From Mesorhizobium sp. (lineage in GTDB: Bacteria; Pseudomonadota; Alphaproteobacteria; Rhizobiales; Rhizobiaceae): DNA of 64,000 bases. The notes under the pieces were generated by a model. The model did no database searches. It was not told the origin of the DNA and worked only from the letters and a program-made list of their open reading frames with translations. Position numbers and translations under genes: made by a program. The stretch lies in contig JAMLIG010000001.1 in assembly GCA_023954305.1 (NCBI GenBank), positions 76,613 to 140,612 of the forward strand, in the 5' to 3' direction. Below are positions 1 to 10,011 of this stretch, piece by piece (position 1 is the stretch's first letter; each line of letters begins with the position of its first letter).

Positions 1-32
1 TCTGGGGCCAGACGCTTCGTTTTGCGAAGGCC

Positions 33-791
33 ATGACGCATCATACGACCCAATCGCCGCAGTTCTTCCTGACCGCGCCCTCGCCGTGCCCCTATCTGGA
101 GGGCCAGTACGAGCGGAAGGTGTTCACGCATCTCGTCGGCGACAAGGCGCCGGAGATGAACGACCTCTTGACCCAGGGCGGCTTCCGCCGCTCGCAGAAC
201 ATCGCTTACCGCCCGGCTTGCGAGAGCTGCCGCGCCTGCGTGTCGGTGCGCATCCTCGCCAACGAGTTCAAGATGACCCGCAACATGCGCAAGGTCGTCC
301 AGCGCAACTCCGACCTGATCGGCGCCATGCACGACGCGGAGCCGTCGACGGAACAGTATTCGCTCTTCCGCTCCTATCTCGATTCGCGGCACCGCCGCGG
401 CGGCATGTCGGACATGACGGTGCTCGACTATGCGATGATGGTCGAGGATACGCATGTCGACACCAAGATCATCGAATACCGCAAGCGCGGCCCGGACTCG
501 TTCATCACCGGCAAGGGTCAGGGCGAGCTGATCGCCGTTGCCCTCACCGACAAGATGGCCGACGGCGTGTCGATGGTCTATTCCTACTACAATCCGGAAC
601 TCGTCGACCGCTCGCTCGGCACCTTCATGATCCTCGACCACATTGCGCGCACCCGGGCGATGGGCCTGCCACATGTCTACCTGGGCTACTGGGTCAACGG
701 CTCGCGCAAGATGGATTATAAGGTCCGCTTCACGCCGCAGGAGCATTTGGGACCGAAAGGCTGGGAACGCTACAGCGGCTCCACCGAATGA
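33..791 (+). CDS. bpt: arginyl/leucyl-tRNA--protein transferase (ATE/Bpt family)
   Basis: 252-aa ORF with ATG at 33. [23 protein letters not shown]-terminus and YLGYWV..MDYK C-terminus are typical of bacterial Bpt/ATE N-end-rule transferases. Confidence 0.85.
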   Translation: MTHHTTQSPQFFLTAPSPCPYLEGQYERKVFTHLVGDKAPEMNDLLTQGGFRRSQNIAYRPACESCRACVSVRILANEFKMTRNMRKVVQRNSDLIGAMHDAEPSTEQYSLFRSYLDSRHRRGGMSDMTVLDYAMMVEDTHVDTKIIEYRKRGPDSFITGKGQGELIAVALTDKMADGVSMVYSYYNPELVDRSLGTFMILDHIARTRAMGLPHVYLGYWVNGSRKMDYKVRFTPQEHLGPKGWERYSGSTE

Positions 792-825
792 CCGACTCTC
801 TCTCCGGCATAGACCGGAGTTGTTC

Positions 826-1719
826 GTGAACGGCCAGTCCCAGCAAGCAAAAGGCCTCCTGCTGTCGACGATAGGCGGGCTCGCGCTCACCTCCGACATT
901 CCGCTCATCCGGCTCGCCGAGGGTGAGGCATGGTCGATTCTCGCCGCGCGCAGTGCCATCACCTTCGGCGCCGCGATCGCCATCTGGCTCGTCTGGCGTG
1001 CCATTTCGCCCAAGGTGCCGGCGCTCATCCCGGGTTTGCCCGGTCTTGCCGTGGCGGTACTCTACGGTCTCGGCTCGATCACCTTCATCACTGCGGTCTA
1101 TTCGACGTCGACGGCCAATCTTGTCTTCATCCTGGCCTTCAATACGATGTTTTCGGCTGTGCTCGCCTGGATCTTCCTCGGCGAGCGGATGCGTCCGGCG
1201 ACCATGCTCGCGATGGCTGCGATGATCGCCGGCGTCGCCATCATCGTCTGGGACTCGATCGGCACCGGCAATCTGTTCGGCGACGTCATGGCGCTGTGCT
1301 CGGCCTTCTTCATCGCTTCGGCGATCACCATCACGCGGGCGAGCGACCGCGAGATGGGGTTCACGCCGCTGGTCGGCGTTATCTTTCCCGCCCTGGTCGC
1401 TCTGATGTTCGTCGCCGACGGCGGCTACCGAATCGACGCGCCGTGGTGGATCATCCTCAACGGCGCGATCATGATGCCGCTCGCCTTCTTCTTCCTCGGC
1501 ACTGCGCCGCGCTACATCCCCGGCGGCGAGGTGGCGATGTTCTATCTGCTCGAGACGGTTCTCGCGCCCGTATGGGTGTGGCTGATCTTTGCCGAGAAGC
1601 CATCGGTCAACAGCCTGATCGGCGGCTCGATCCTGATTGTCGCGCTGGTATTTCACTCGCTCTGGCAGCTCTATGACAGCAGACGCCGGCGCAGTGTCCC
1701 CGAACAGCTTCCGCTCTGA
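826..1719 (+). CDS. DMT (EamA-like) family transporter
   Basis: Polytopic hydrophobic ORF with about 10 predicted TM helices. In-frame GTG at 826 preceded by GGAG. The longer ORF from 643 would overlap bpt. Confidence 0.7.
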   Translation: MNGQSQQAKGLLLSTIGGLALTSDIPLIRLAEGEAWSILAARSAITFGAAIAIWLVWRAISPKVPALIPGLPGLAVAVLYGLGSITFITAVYSTSTANLVFILAFNTMFSAVLAWIFLGERMRPATMLAMAAMIAGVAIIVWDSIGTGNLFGDVMALCSAFFIASAITITRASDREMGFTPLVGVIFPALVALMFVADGGYRIDAPWWIILNGAIMMPLAFFFLGTAPRYIPGGEVAMFYLLETVLAPVWVWLIFAEKPSVNSLIGGSILIVALVFHSLWQLYDSRRRRSVPEQLPL

Positions 1720-1721
1720 AG

Positions 1722-2399
1722 TCAGGCTTCGACGCGCAACCGCCTCGCGTCGACGAGCCGCCCCGTGGCCCGCACCACGATCTCGAAATGGTCCGCCTGA
1801 ACCACGTCCAGCACGTTGCGCGGCCGGTAGGCCACGACATTCTCGCCACCGGCGAAGCGGACGCTCGCAAACAGAATGCCGTCCTCTCCGGCCGTGCGTG
1901 CCGCCTCGCCGAAGGCCTGCGACGCGGCATGGCTGTCCGGGGCGTAGAGATCGGCACGAGTCCCCGTCTCGCCGCGGATGTCGAGATAGTCGCCCGCCAG
2001 TCGGGCGGAATAGGCGCGGTAGGTACGCCGCAGCTCGCGCCGGCGCGAGGCAACCGCTTCGCGCCGCAGATGATGCCCGACCTCGGCGATCGCCGTGCGC
2101 AAGTCGGCAGCGGCGTACCAGGCGCCCAGATCGGAGCGGTTGAAGCGCGAGCCGGTCGGCGAAACATGCAGGAACGCTGCGAGCACGACGCTGGCGTTGG
2201 GCCGGCCATGCACCCGGTCTTCGCGGGGTAATCGGGAGAGACGTTCGGGCGTCAGCCGGTCGTTGGTCCAGCCGGCGAGTTCCATAACCGCCGGCAGATC
2301 GTCGGCGCTCGCCACCGTCTCGAACAGCGGAATCGGCGGGAAGCGGGACGGAATCAGCCTGTAGCCCGGCTGCGGGGCGGGCGCGCGGACTTCCGTCAC
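1722..2399 (-). CDS. RES-domain toxin (ParT/MbcT-like, NAD-targeting family)
   Basis: 225 aa with YRLIPSRFPP..GSRFN..WYAA..AIAEVGHH pattern of the RES domain. GTG start overlaps the stop of the upstream antitoxin gene (GTGA). Confidence 0.8.
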   Translation of the reverse strand: MTEVRAPAPQPGYRLIPSRFPPIPLFETVASADDLPAVMELAGWTNDRLTPERLSRLPREDRVHGRPNASVVLAAFLHVSPTGSRFNRSDLGAWYAAADLRTAIAEVGHHLRREAVASRRRELRRTYRAYSARLAGDYLDIRGETGTRADLYAPDSHAASQAFGEAARTAGEDGILFASVRFAGGENVVAYRPRNVLDVVQADHFEIVVRATGRLVDARRLRVEA

Positions 2400-2962
2400 C
2401 GGATGACGATGTCCTCGTCGCGATAGGGCGCAAAACCGGCGTCGGCAGCATTCGGCTCCATCGACAGACCGCCGCGGGCGGCGTCGAGGAAGCGGCGGAC
2501 GGTCAGCAACCCATCCTGCGAGCCGCTGGTGACGAGCGCCAGCGGCGGGTTCCCGCCGAACACTGTGCCGTCATGCGGACCGCGCAGCCAGGCGACGCCC
2601 TCTTGCTCGCCGAACAGGATGCCCAGCGCCTGATGGATGCCCAGCACCGCAGAGATACGCGTCAGCGTGTCGACGTCGAGTGTGAACTCGCCGCCCTCGC
2701 GCGCCAGCTTCGCCCAATTGTGATAGGTCGACCGCGACGGGTAGCCGAGCACCAGCCGCCGCTCTTCCTCGCTCAGGCGCCACAGATCGGCAATGGCGAG
2801 AAAGGCCCGCATGCCGGGCGCGCTGAGGCGCCGACGGGCCGCCGGCTCGAAACGCCGCGCATCCAGGACAAACGGCGTGGGCGTCTCGCGAATGAACGTC
2901 GGCGCATCATGGACAAAGGGCGCCTGCGCGTCCTCGAACCCACTTGCAATACCCCGGCTCAT
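2396..2962 (-). CDS. Xre/MbcA/ParS-type antitoxin (DUF2384-like C-terminal toxin-binding domain)
   Basis: 188 aa, immediately upstream of and overlapping the RES toxin gene. Partner architecture typical of RES-Xre pairs. Confidence 0.7.
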   Translation of the reverse strand: MSRGIASGFEDAQAPFVHDAPTFIRETPTPFVLDARRFEPAARRRLSAPGMRAFLAIADLWRLSEEERRLVLGYPSRSTYHNWAKLAREGGEFTLDVDTLTRISAVLGIHQALGILFGEQEGVAWLRGPHDGTVFGGNPPLALVTSGSQDGLLTVRRFLDAARGGLSMEPNAADAGFAPYRDEDIVIR

Positions 2963-2973
2963 AATCGCCTCCT

Positions 2974-3006
2974 ATCCAGATTAGTACACATAGTCCAAAT
3001 CTGGAT
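2974..3006. promoter_or_regulatory. palindromic operator-like site upstream of the RES-Xre operon
   Basis: ATCCAGATT-N15-AATCTGGAT, perfect 9-bp arms, in the AT-richer 61-bp gap 12 bp upstream of the antitoxin ATG. Confidence 0.5.
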
Positions 3007-3023
3007 ATCTTACAAGTGTCGTC

Positions 3024-6000
3024 CTACTCCGCGGCCAAAGGCAGGTGATGGGCCGGTCTGGCTTGCATCGTCTGAACGTTCTCAGGAAGCCCGGCGTCGT
3101 CCTCCGGGTCGTCCTTCGGGTTCGGCTTCACCAGCCAGCGGAACAGGCGGGCAGTGCCCAGCGCCGCGTCGTCCATGATCGTGTAGAAGGACGGCACGAA
3201 GACCAGCGAGAGGAAGGTCGAGACCAGCAGGCCGCCGACGACGGCGACGGCCATCGGCGCGCGGAATTCGCCGCCGTCGCCGAGCGCGAGCGCTGCCGGT
3301 ATCATGCCCGCCGACATGGCGATCGTCGTCATGACGATAGGCCGCGCGCGTTTGCGTCCCGCATCGACGATCGCCTCCTCGCGCGGCATGCCGGCCTTCT
3401 GTTCTTCGATGGCGAAATCGACCAGCATGATCGCGTTCTTGGTGACGATGCCCATGAGCATCAGGATGCCGATGACCACCGGCATCGAGATTGCCGAATT
3501 GGTCAGCCACAGGCCCGCGACGACACCGCCGATCGACAGCGGCAGCGAGCCGAGGATGGTGATCGAGTGGAACACCGAGCCGAAAAGCAGGATCAGCACC
3601 ACCAGGACCAGCATCAGGCCGGTCGTCATGGCCGTGGCGAATCCGGCGAATACTTCGCCCATGATCTCCGCCTCGCCGGTCTCTGCCACCCGCACGCCGG
3701 CAGGCAGGTTCTTGACCTCTGGCAGGTTCTTGACGAATTCGAGCCCTTCGCCGATCTCGCTCTTGCCGGCCATGTCGGCCCCGATCACCACGCGGCGCTC
3801 GCGGTTGAAACGCTGGATCGAGGACGGGCCCTGGCCGTAGGAAATCTGCGCGACGGACGACAGCGGCACCGAGACGCCAGCGGCGGTCTGCACCGGCAGC
3901 TGCGCGATCGTCGCCCAGTCGTTTCGGGCATCCTCGTTCAACTGCACCCGAATCGGGATCTGCCGGTCGCCCAGCGTATATTTTGCCAGGTTCGCGTCGA
4001 TGTCGCCGATGGTCGCGACGCGGAGCGCCTCGGAGATCGCCGACGTGGTGATGCCAAGCTCCGCCATGCGCGACAGGTCGGGCCTGACGATGACTTCCGG
4101 CCGGTCGAGCGCGGCGTTGGAGGACACGGCCCGGAACTTGCCGCTGGCGTTCATGGCGCTCTGGATCTTGCGCGCGGCGTCATCCAGCACCGCGCCATCG
4201 GTGCCCATCACGCCGAAGGCGAGCTGCCGCTCGCCGCGGTCGTTGACGAAGTAGGCCTTCAGGTCCGGCACCGTATCGAGCACCGTCAGGATCTCTTCGC
4301 CAATCTGCCATTGCGGCCTGTCGCGTTCCGACTTGTGGACCAGGTCGACGATGACGGTGGCGCGGCGCGGCTCGATCGTCCCGGTCGGGCTCGACCCGCC
4401 GATGACATAGACGTTCTCGACCTCGGCCATTTGCCTGAGCTTGTCGGTCACCTCGTCCGTCGTGTCGCGCGTGTCGGCGAGCAGGCTGCCGGGCGGCAGT
4501 TCGAGCGAGACGATGATGCGGCTGGCATCTTCCTTCGGCATGAAGCCGGACGGCAGGAAGCCGGTCGCCCAGATCGACACGGAAAAGAACACGACCCCGC
4601 CGACAAGCGTCACCCAGCGGTAGCGCAGGCTCGTGCGCAGCATCGACATGTAGGCGCGCATGACCCGGCCGGGCTTCGGCTCCTCGTGGCCGTGGCCGCG
4701 CAGGAAATAGGCGGCGAGCATCGGCGTGATCAGCCGCGCCACCAGCAGCGAGAAGAACACCGCGACCGCGACGGTCAGCCCGAACTGCTTGAAATACTGG
4801 CCCGCGATGCCGCCCATGAACGAGACCGGCGCGAAGACCGCCATGATCGTCGCCGAGATAGCGATGACGGCGAGCCCGATCTCGTCGGCCGCCTCCAGAG
4901 AGGCGCGCCACGGCGACTTGCCCATCTTCACGTGCCTGACGATGTTCTCGATCTCGACGATCGCGTCGTCAACCAGGATGCCCACGACGAGCGTGATGCC
5001 AAGCAGGCTGACCAGGTTCAGCGAGAAGCCCATCATGTCGATCGCCCAGAAGGCGGGGATGATCGACAGCGGCAGCGCCACCGCCGAGACGATGGTCGCG
5101 CGGAAATCGCGCAGGAACAGGAACACGACGATCACCGACAGGATGGCGCCCTCGAGCAGCGTCTCCATGGCGGAATCGAAATTGCCCTCGGTGAAGGTGA
5201 CGGAATCGTCGACCTTGGTGATCTTGACCTCGGGATTGGCCTTTTCCAGATCGGCGATCGCGACCTTGACGCGCTCCGAAATGTCGACGTCGCTCTCGCC
5301 CTTGCCGCGGAACACGCCGAATGACACCACCGTCTGGCCGTTGACCCGGGAAAAGCTCTGCGGCTCCTCCCAGGAATCAGTGACCGCGGCGACGTCGGAT
5401 ATTTTCAGTGTTCTGCCCCCGGCGACGGGGATCTGGAGCTCGCGCAGCTCGTCGATGGTGCGCGCCGAGCCGAGCGTCCTGATCGACTGGTCGAGCCCCG
5501 CGAAATCGCCGCTGCCGCCGGTGAGGTCCGCGTTGGAGGCACGCAGCGCGCGGTTGACGTCTGCGGCGGTGAGACCCAATGCGGTCAACCGGTCCGGATC
5601 GACCTCCACCTTGATCTCGCGCGTCACGCCGCCATAGCGGTCGACCCGCGCCACGCCTTTGACACCCTGCAATTTGCGAATGATGGTGTCGTCGACATAC
5701 CAGGACAGTTCCTCGATGGTCATGCCGGGCGAGGCAACGGCGTAGGTGAGGATCGCCTGGCCCTCGACGTCGACGCGATTGACCACCGGCGCGTTGGCGG
5801 TTGCGGGAAGATCCTCCTTGATGCGTTCGACGGCGTCTTTGGTGTCGGTCACGGCCGTCTGCGTATCGACTTCCAGGCGGAATTCGACGACCGTCTGCGA
5901 GCGGCCCTCGGTAATCGTCGACATCACGTTCTTGACGCCGGCGATGTTGGCGACGGCGTCCTCGACCTTCTTGGTGACCTGGTTTTCCAGTTCGCTCGGC

Positions 6001-6170
6001 GCGACGCCCGGATCGACAACCGTCACCGAGACGATCGGCAGGTCGATGTTGGGGAAGCGCGTGATCGGCAGGCTGGCGAAGCTCATCAGCCCCAGCGCCA
6101 TCAGTACGATGAACAGCAGGATCGACGGGATCGGATTGCGGATCGACCAGGCGGAGATGTTCCAATTCAT
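3024..6170 (-). CDS. RND efflux transporter permease (AcrB/HAE1-like)
   Basis: 1048 aa with 12-TM RND architecture and two large periplasmic loops. ATGA start/stop overlap with the adaptor gene. Confidence 0.9.
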   Translation of the reverse strand: MNWNISAWSIRNPIPSILLFIVLMALGLMSFASLPITRFPNIDLPIVSVTVVDPGVAPSELENQVTKKVEDAVANIAGVKNVMSTITEGRSQTVVEFRLEVDTQTAVTDTKDAVERIKEDLPATANAPVVNRVDVEGQAILTYAVASPGMTIEELSWYVDDTIIRKLQGVKGVARVDRYGGVTREIKVEVDPDRLTALGLTAADVNRALRASNADLTGGSGDFAGLDQSIRTLGSARTIDELRELQIPVAGGRTLKISDVAAVTDSWEEPQSFSRVNGQTVVSFGVFRGKGESDVDISERVKVAIADLEKANPEVKITKVDDSVTFTEGNFDSAMETLLEGAILSVIVVFLFLRDFRATIVSAVALPLSIIPAFWAIDMMGFSLNLVSLLGITLVVGILVDDAIVEIENIVRHVKMGKSPWRASLEAADEIGLAVIAISATIMAVFAPVSFMGGIAGQYFKQFGLTVAVAVFFSLLVARLITPMLAAYFLRGHGHEEPKPGRVMRAYMSMLRTSLRYRWVTLVGGVVFFSVSIWATGFLPSGFMPKEDASRIIVSLELPPGSLLADTRDTTDEVTDKLRQMAEVENVYVIGGSSPTGTIEPRRATVIVDLVHKSERDRPQWQIGEEILTVLDTVPDLKAYFVNDRGERQLAFGVMGTDGAVLDDAARKIQSAMNASGKFRAVSSNAALDRPEVIVRPDLSRMAELGITTSAISEALRVATIGDIDANLAKYTLGDRQIPIRVQLNEDARNDWATIAQLPVQTAAGVSVPLSSVAQISYGQGPSSIQRFNRERRVVIGADMAGKSEIGEGLEFVKNLPEVKNLPAGVRVAETGEAEIMGEVFAGFATAMTTGLMLVLVVLILLFGSVFHSITILGSLPLSIGGVVAGLWLTNSAISMPVVIGILMLMGIVTKNAIMLVDFAIEEQKAGMPREEAIVDAGRKRARPIVMTTIAMSAGMIPAALALGDGGEFRAPMAVAVVGGLLVSTFLSLVFVPSFYTIMDDAALGTARLFRWLVKPNPKDDPEDDAGLPENVQTMQARPAHHLPLAAE

Positions 6171-7366
6171 TTGACGATGGCTCCCGCGGCGATCTCGCGG
6201 ACGGGCGTGACCTTGTCGCCATCGGCGACAAAGGTGCCAGCGCGGCTGACGATTTCGTCGCCCTCGGCCAGGCCGGCGGCGACCTCAACCTCGGCGCCGG
6301 CGCGCGCGCCGACTGTCACCGGCGTGGTGCGGATCGTGCCGTCGACCACCTTCTGCACATAGGCGTCTGCCCCCCTGTAGAGGAGTGCGGAGGCCGGCAC
6401 CGCCAGCGCCTCCCGGCGCAGCGTCTCGATCGTGCCGCGGGCGAAGTTGCCAGAGCGGACGCTATCATGCGCCGGCAGTTCGATGCGCACGGTGCCGAGC
6501 CGGGTCCTAGCGTCGATCTCGGGATCGATGAAGCGGATCCGTGCGTCCAGAGGATCGACCCCGGCGACGCTCACCTTCACCGGCATGCCTTGCTTGAGCT
6601 TGGCGAGCGAGGTCTCCGAGACGGTGGCGGCAAGCTCCAGTTCTCCGTCCATCGCGATCCGGAACAGCGGCCCTCCGGAGGCCGAGACGATGCCGCCGAG
6701 CGTCGCATTGCGCGCCAGCACCAACCCGTCGGCCGGCGCGCGCACCTCGGTCTTTCCCAGCCGCTCTTCGACGTCTCGGCGCTGAGCCGCGATCACCGCG
6801 AGCTGCGCCTCGGCCGAGGCTACCGCCTTGCCCGCGGTTTCCAGCTGAGCTTGCGCGCTGTCGAGACCATTGACCGCGTTGTCCAGCTGCGACTGGGCGG
6901 CGACGCCCTTTTCCTGCAGCTTCCTTGCCCGTTCCAGCGTTTCCGAAGCCTGCCGAACGCTTACCTCCGCGCCGCTGACCTGCGCCTTGGCCTGTGCGAC
7001 GCCCGCGTCGGCCTGAGCCTTGCTCGCGTCCAGTTGGACGAGCTGCGTTTCGAGAGCGGTCCGATCGAGCCGCGCGAGGACATCGCCCTTCTTCACCACA
7101 TCGCCCTTGTCGGCATTGAGCTCGCGCACGATCAGGCCGCCCACGTCGACGCCGACCGCCGCCTCCTGCCGAGGGACGATGCTGCCGGTCACGTCGAGCG
7201 TCTCGATCAGTTCGTGGCGCGTCACGGCCGCGACACGGATCGCCGGCGCGTTTCGCGGCGCCTCGGCTGCGGTCGGCACGGCCTCGGCCAGCGCCACCGG
7301 CTCGGCAAGAGCCAACGCGCCCGCGAAGGCGGCCGTGGCAAGGAGATAGGAGATCAGACGGTACAT
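6167..7366 (-). CDS. RND efflux periplasmic adaptor subunit (MFP)
   Basis: 399 aa with signal peptide, a coiled-coil hairpin (alanine/glutamine-rich middle) and beta-barrel regions. Operonic with the RND pump. Confidence 0.85.
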   Translation of the reverse strand: MYRLISYLLATAAFAGALALAEPVALAEAVPTAAEAPRNAPAIRVAAVTRHELIETLDVTGSIVPRQEAAVGVDVGGLIVRELNADKGDVVKKGDVLARLDRTALETQLVQLDASKAQADAGVAQAKAQVSGAEVSVRQASETLERARKLQEKGVAAQSQLDNAVNGLDSAQAQLETAGKAVASAEAQLAVIAAQRRDVEERLGKTEVRAPADGLVLARNATLGGIVSASGGPLFRIAMDGELELAATVSETSLAKLKQGMPVKVSVAGVDPLDARIRFIDPEIDARTRLGTVRIELPAHDSVRSGNFARGTIETLRREALAVPASALLYRGADAYVQKVVDGTIRTTPVTVGARAGAEVEVAAGLAEGDEIVSRAGTFVADGDKVTPVREIAAGAIVK

Positions 7367-7418
7367 GGATGTCCTCGGTCGGATGCTGCGGCGCGCCGCG
7401 TCGTTCAGGCAGGCACTG

Positions 7419-8075
7419 CTATGTCTTGCGGCGGGGCCGAAGCATCGCTTCGACGGTCACCCGCATCAGCTTCTCGATATCCTCGAACGTTACCCCCTGG
7501 GCCGGCAGATCGTTGATCGCCAGCCCCTCGCCGATGGCGATGACCATCGGCATGAACGCGTCGAGCTCGACCGCGGGCGCGATATCACCCCTGTCGACGG
7601 CATCCTGGAGATATTTCCGGAATGCCTGCTGCACGTCACACATGGCCATCGTGCAGGTTCTTTCGATCGCCTCGTTGCGCATGGACTCGGCACGAATCTC
7701 GGCGAACAGCGGCGCATTCCCGCTCTCGTGCATGTGGCGCACATGAGCTATCGCCGCCGTGACGAACCCGTCGACCACGTCGGGGTTCTGGAACATGGCG
7801 GTGAAGATCTCGGCATCGTTGCGCCTGTCCGCCTCGGTAATCGCGGCGATCATCGCCTCCTTGGAGGGGAAGTAGCGATAGAGCGCGCCGGGGCTCATCC
7901 CGGCCTCCGCACAGATCTGGTGCATTGAGGCGCCTTGGAAGCCGGACCGGACGAAACACCTCTTGGCCGCGTCCATGACGCGGTGGACCTGCTGGTCGCG
8001 CCGCTCGGCTCGGGACGCGGGTGCATCCGCGTCCACCGCGCTTTCGCCGTCCGTCATGAAGTCGAAGGCCGCCAT
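7419..8075 (-). CDS. TetR/AcrR family transcriptional regulator
   Basis: 218 aa with N-terminal HTH (FQGASMHQICAEAGMSPGALYRYFPSKE). Heads the efflux operon. Confidence 0.85.
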   Translation of the reverse strand: MAAFDFMTDGESAVDADAPASRAERRDQQVHRVMDAAKRCFVRSGFQGASMHQICAEAGMSPGALYRYFPSKEAMIAAITEADRRNDAEIFTAMFQNPDVVDGFVTAAIAHVRHMHESGNAPLFAEIRAESMRNEAIERTCTMAMCDVQQAFRKYLQDAVDRGDIAPAVELDAFMPMVIAIGEGLAINDLPAQGVTFEDIEKLMRVTVEAMLRPRRKT

Positions 8076-8111
8076 GTCTTTATCCGGACGCCGCCGGCAC
8101 CTTGTTTAATC

Positions 8112-8146
8112 GAATGATCATTCGCGATTTATGCGAACGATCATTC
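8112..8146. promoter_or_regulatory. two tandem TetR-type operator palindromes
   Basis: GAATGATCATTC (perfect 12-bp palindrome, 8112-8123) and GAACGATCATTC (8135-8146), in the divergent region between the TetR gene and the RidA gene. Confidence 0.55.
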
Positions 8147-8270
8147 TCAGTCAATAGTGCCGCTGCCGGATTTCCGCAAAGGAAGGTCGGCACCGCGCAC
8201 ATCTTCGTGAGATCCGCGTTGCCTTCGCAGCGCAGGGTGGGTCACATGCGTCGTGTAACGGGAGAGAACC

Positions 8271-8792
8271 ATGCGCCGCACGATCGTTCCGGAAGCCCTG
8301 AAAGGCGTCTACCAGCAATGGCGATATGCGCCGGCGGTGGCCGTGAACGGCTTCATCCACGTTTGCGGCATTGTCGGCGTGAGCCCCGGCGGCGAGACGC
8401 CGTCGTGGCTGGGGGCCGAATCGTCTCAGGCCTTTGCGGGAGCGTCCTCCACCACTGCGGAAAGCGATGTTTCCCTTTCCGCGCTCCAAGCCGTGCGAGA
8501 TCCGGAGGCTCAGTTCGCCGTCGCCTTCGAGACGATGCGCGACATCTTGCGCGAAGGCGGCGCCGACCTCTCGGACGTCGTCGAGATCACCTCCTACCAT
8601 GTCGGCATCTCGGTTCACATGGACGCCTTCATGCGTGTCTGGGCGCGCTATCTGAAAGAGCCCTACCCTGCCTGGACCGCCGTCGGCGTGGCCGAGCTGA
8701 TCGTGCCGGGCGGGCTGGTGGAACTGCGGGCGGTGGCGGTGGAGCCGGCGGCTGAGCTTGCACGTGAAAGACGCATCAGCCATTTAAGCTAG
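8271..8792 (+). CDS. RidA/YjgF/L-PSP family protein
   Basis: 173 aa, ATG preceded by GGAGAG. Family-like core (INGFIHVCG..EITSYHV..AWTAVGVAEL). Confidence 0.7.
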   Translation: MRRTIVPEALKGVYQQWRYAPAVAVNGFIHVCGIVGVSPGGETPSWLGAESSQAFAGASSTTAESDVSLSALQAVRDPEAQFAVAFETMRDILREGGADLSDVVEITSYHVGISVHMDAFMRVWARYLKEPYPAWTAVGVAELIVPGGLVELRAVAVEPAAELARERRISHLS

Positions 8793-8818
8793 GTAAGCTG
8801 TTTTGAAAGGATGCAGCT

Positions 8819-9067
8819 ATGGAGATTGGCGCTTTCGAAGCCAAGAACACGCTCGGCGCGTTGCTCGATCGCGTCCAGCAGGGCGAGGAGATCGTCATCA
8901 CGCGTCATGGGAAGCGTGTGGCGAAGCTGATCCCTGCCGAGGGGGGACATGACGTCGATGCGGCCCTTCGTGCGGTAGAGCGCATCAGCAAACGTGCGAG
9001 AGAGCACGGAGAACCGAGTATCAGCGTCGAAGAGTGGAAGTCGTTCCGCGGCGAAGGCCGCCCGTGA
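8819..9067 (+). CDS. Phd/YefM-type antitoxin (VapB-like partner)
   Basis: 82 aa, MEIGAFEAKNTLGALLDRVQQGEEIVITRHGKRVAKLIP is a classic Phd/YefM N-terminus. Confidence 0.8.
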   Translation: MEIGAFEAKNTLGALLDRVQQGEEIVITRHGKRVAKLIPAEGGHDVDAALRAVERISKRAREHGEPSISVEEWKSFRGEGRP

Positions 9068-9474
9068 CGATCGTCGTCGACGCCTCCATCGCACTCGCAT
9101 GGGTACATGGCGACGAAAAAACTGATGCCGTCGAGATGATTTTTCAGCGGATCGGAACGACAGGCGCCGTCGTGCCGGTGGTTTGGCCCTTGGAAGTCGC
9201 GAACGCTCTGACTATGGCAGTCCGCCGCGGCAGGACGTCTCCTGCTTTGCGCGATCGCGCCCTTTCTGACCTCACCGAGGTGCCCATCAAGATAGACGAC
9301 GAGACGAATGCCCTTGCGTGGACGGCGACGGTTAAGCTCGCGGACCTCCACCGTCTCACCGTCTACGACGCTGCCTATCTCGATCTTGCCCAGCGTCGCC
9401 GCCTGCCGCTGGCGACGCTCGAGACGGCATTGGCACGAGCCGCGAGAGCGTCGGGCGTCGCGGTCCTTCCTTGA
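9064..9474 (+). CDS. vapC: PIN-domain toxin VapC
   Basis: GTG at 9064 overlaps the antitoxin stop (GTGA). PIN acidic residues occur in IVVDAS, PLEVAN and VYDAAYL contexts. Confidence 0.75.
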   Translation: MTIVVDASIALAWVHGDEKTDAVEMIFQRIGTTGAVVPVVWPLEVANALTMAVRRGRTSPALRDRALSDLTEVPIKIDDETNALAWTATVKLADLHRLTVYDAAYLDLAQRRRLPLATLETALARAARASGVAVLP

Positions 9475-9534
9475 AGACCCGCATGCGGTGCGGAACTCCG
9501 GGCCGGGCGCGGCCCGGAGCCCAATTTGACGACC

Positions 9535-9936
9535 TTACTGAACGACCTCGATCTTCACCGTCTTGCTGTCGTTGTCGGAAAAGACCTCCATCTGCTCATG
9601 GTTGCCGACATAATTCGCCTCGTCATAGGCAAATGGAATGTCGGCGATCACCTGGACGCAGGTGAGGTCGGGGCTGGGCTCGACGATCGAAACCTTCACC
9701 CGATAGATCGGCGGGTTGGACTTCGAGTCACCCTCGTACGACGTCGCCGTCTCGTGACAGGGCGTCGGCGCGGTAATCGTGCCTCTCAGATGTATCCCGT
9801 CCGGCGGGGGTGGCATCTTGTCGACCCAGGCATACAGTCCTTCTGCTTGGATCGTTCCAACATCCTGGGAAAGCGCGCCGCCGCAGGCGCCCGCGCTCAT
9901 CAGGGCTGCAAGCGATAGTCGTCCAAACGTCTTCAT
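9535..9936 (-). CDS. small putative lipoprotein, function unknown
   Basis: ATG at 9936 preceded by GGAGGA. Signal peptide with lipobox-like LMSAGAC. Confidence 0.5.
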   Translation of the reverse strand: MKTFGRLSLAALMSAGACGGALSQDVGTIQAEGLYAWVDKMPPPPDGIHLRGTITAPTPCHETATSYEGDSKSNPPIYRVKVSIVEPSPDLTCVQVIADIPFAYDEANYVGNHEQMEVFSDNDSKTVKIEVVQ

Positions 9937-10011
9937 CGAATGGTTCCTCCCGCACCGCATCTTTTGCGAGAATAGCACCAATCGGAAATTGCGCAACTTA
10001 TCCGGGAAAAT

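Noticed and set aside
3045-5324. Very long ORFs antisense to or overlapping real genes. Examples are 3045-5324, 730-2451, 10288-12354, 19569-21194, 21930-23210, 26131-28134, 31469-33637 and 17059-18162.
   Set aside because: Their products are Arg/Gly/Asp/His-rich low-complexity strings typical of off-frame translation in high-GC DNA. Each overlaps a gene with clear family motifs.
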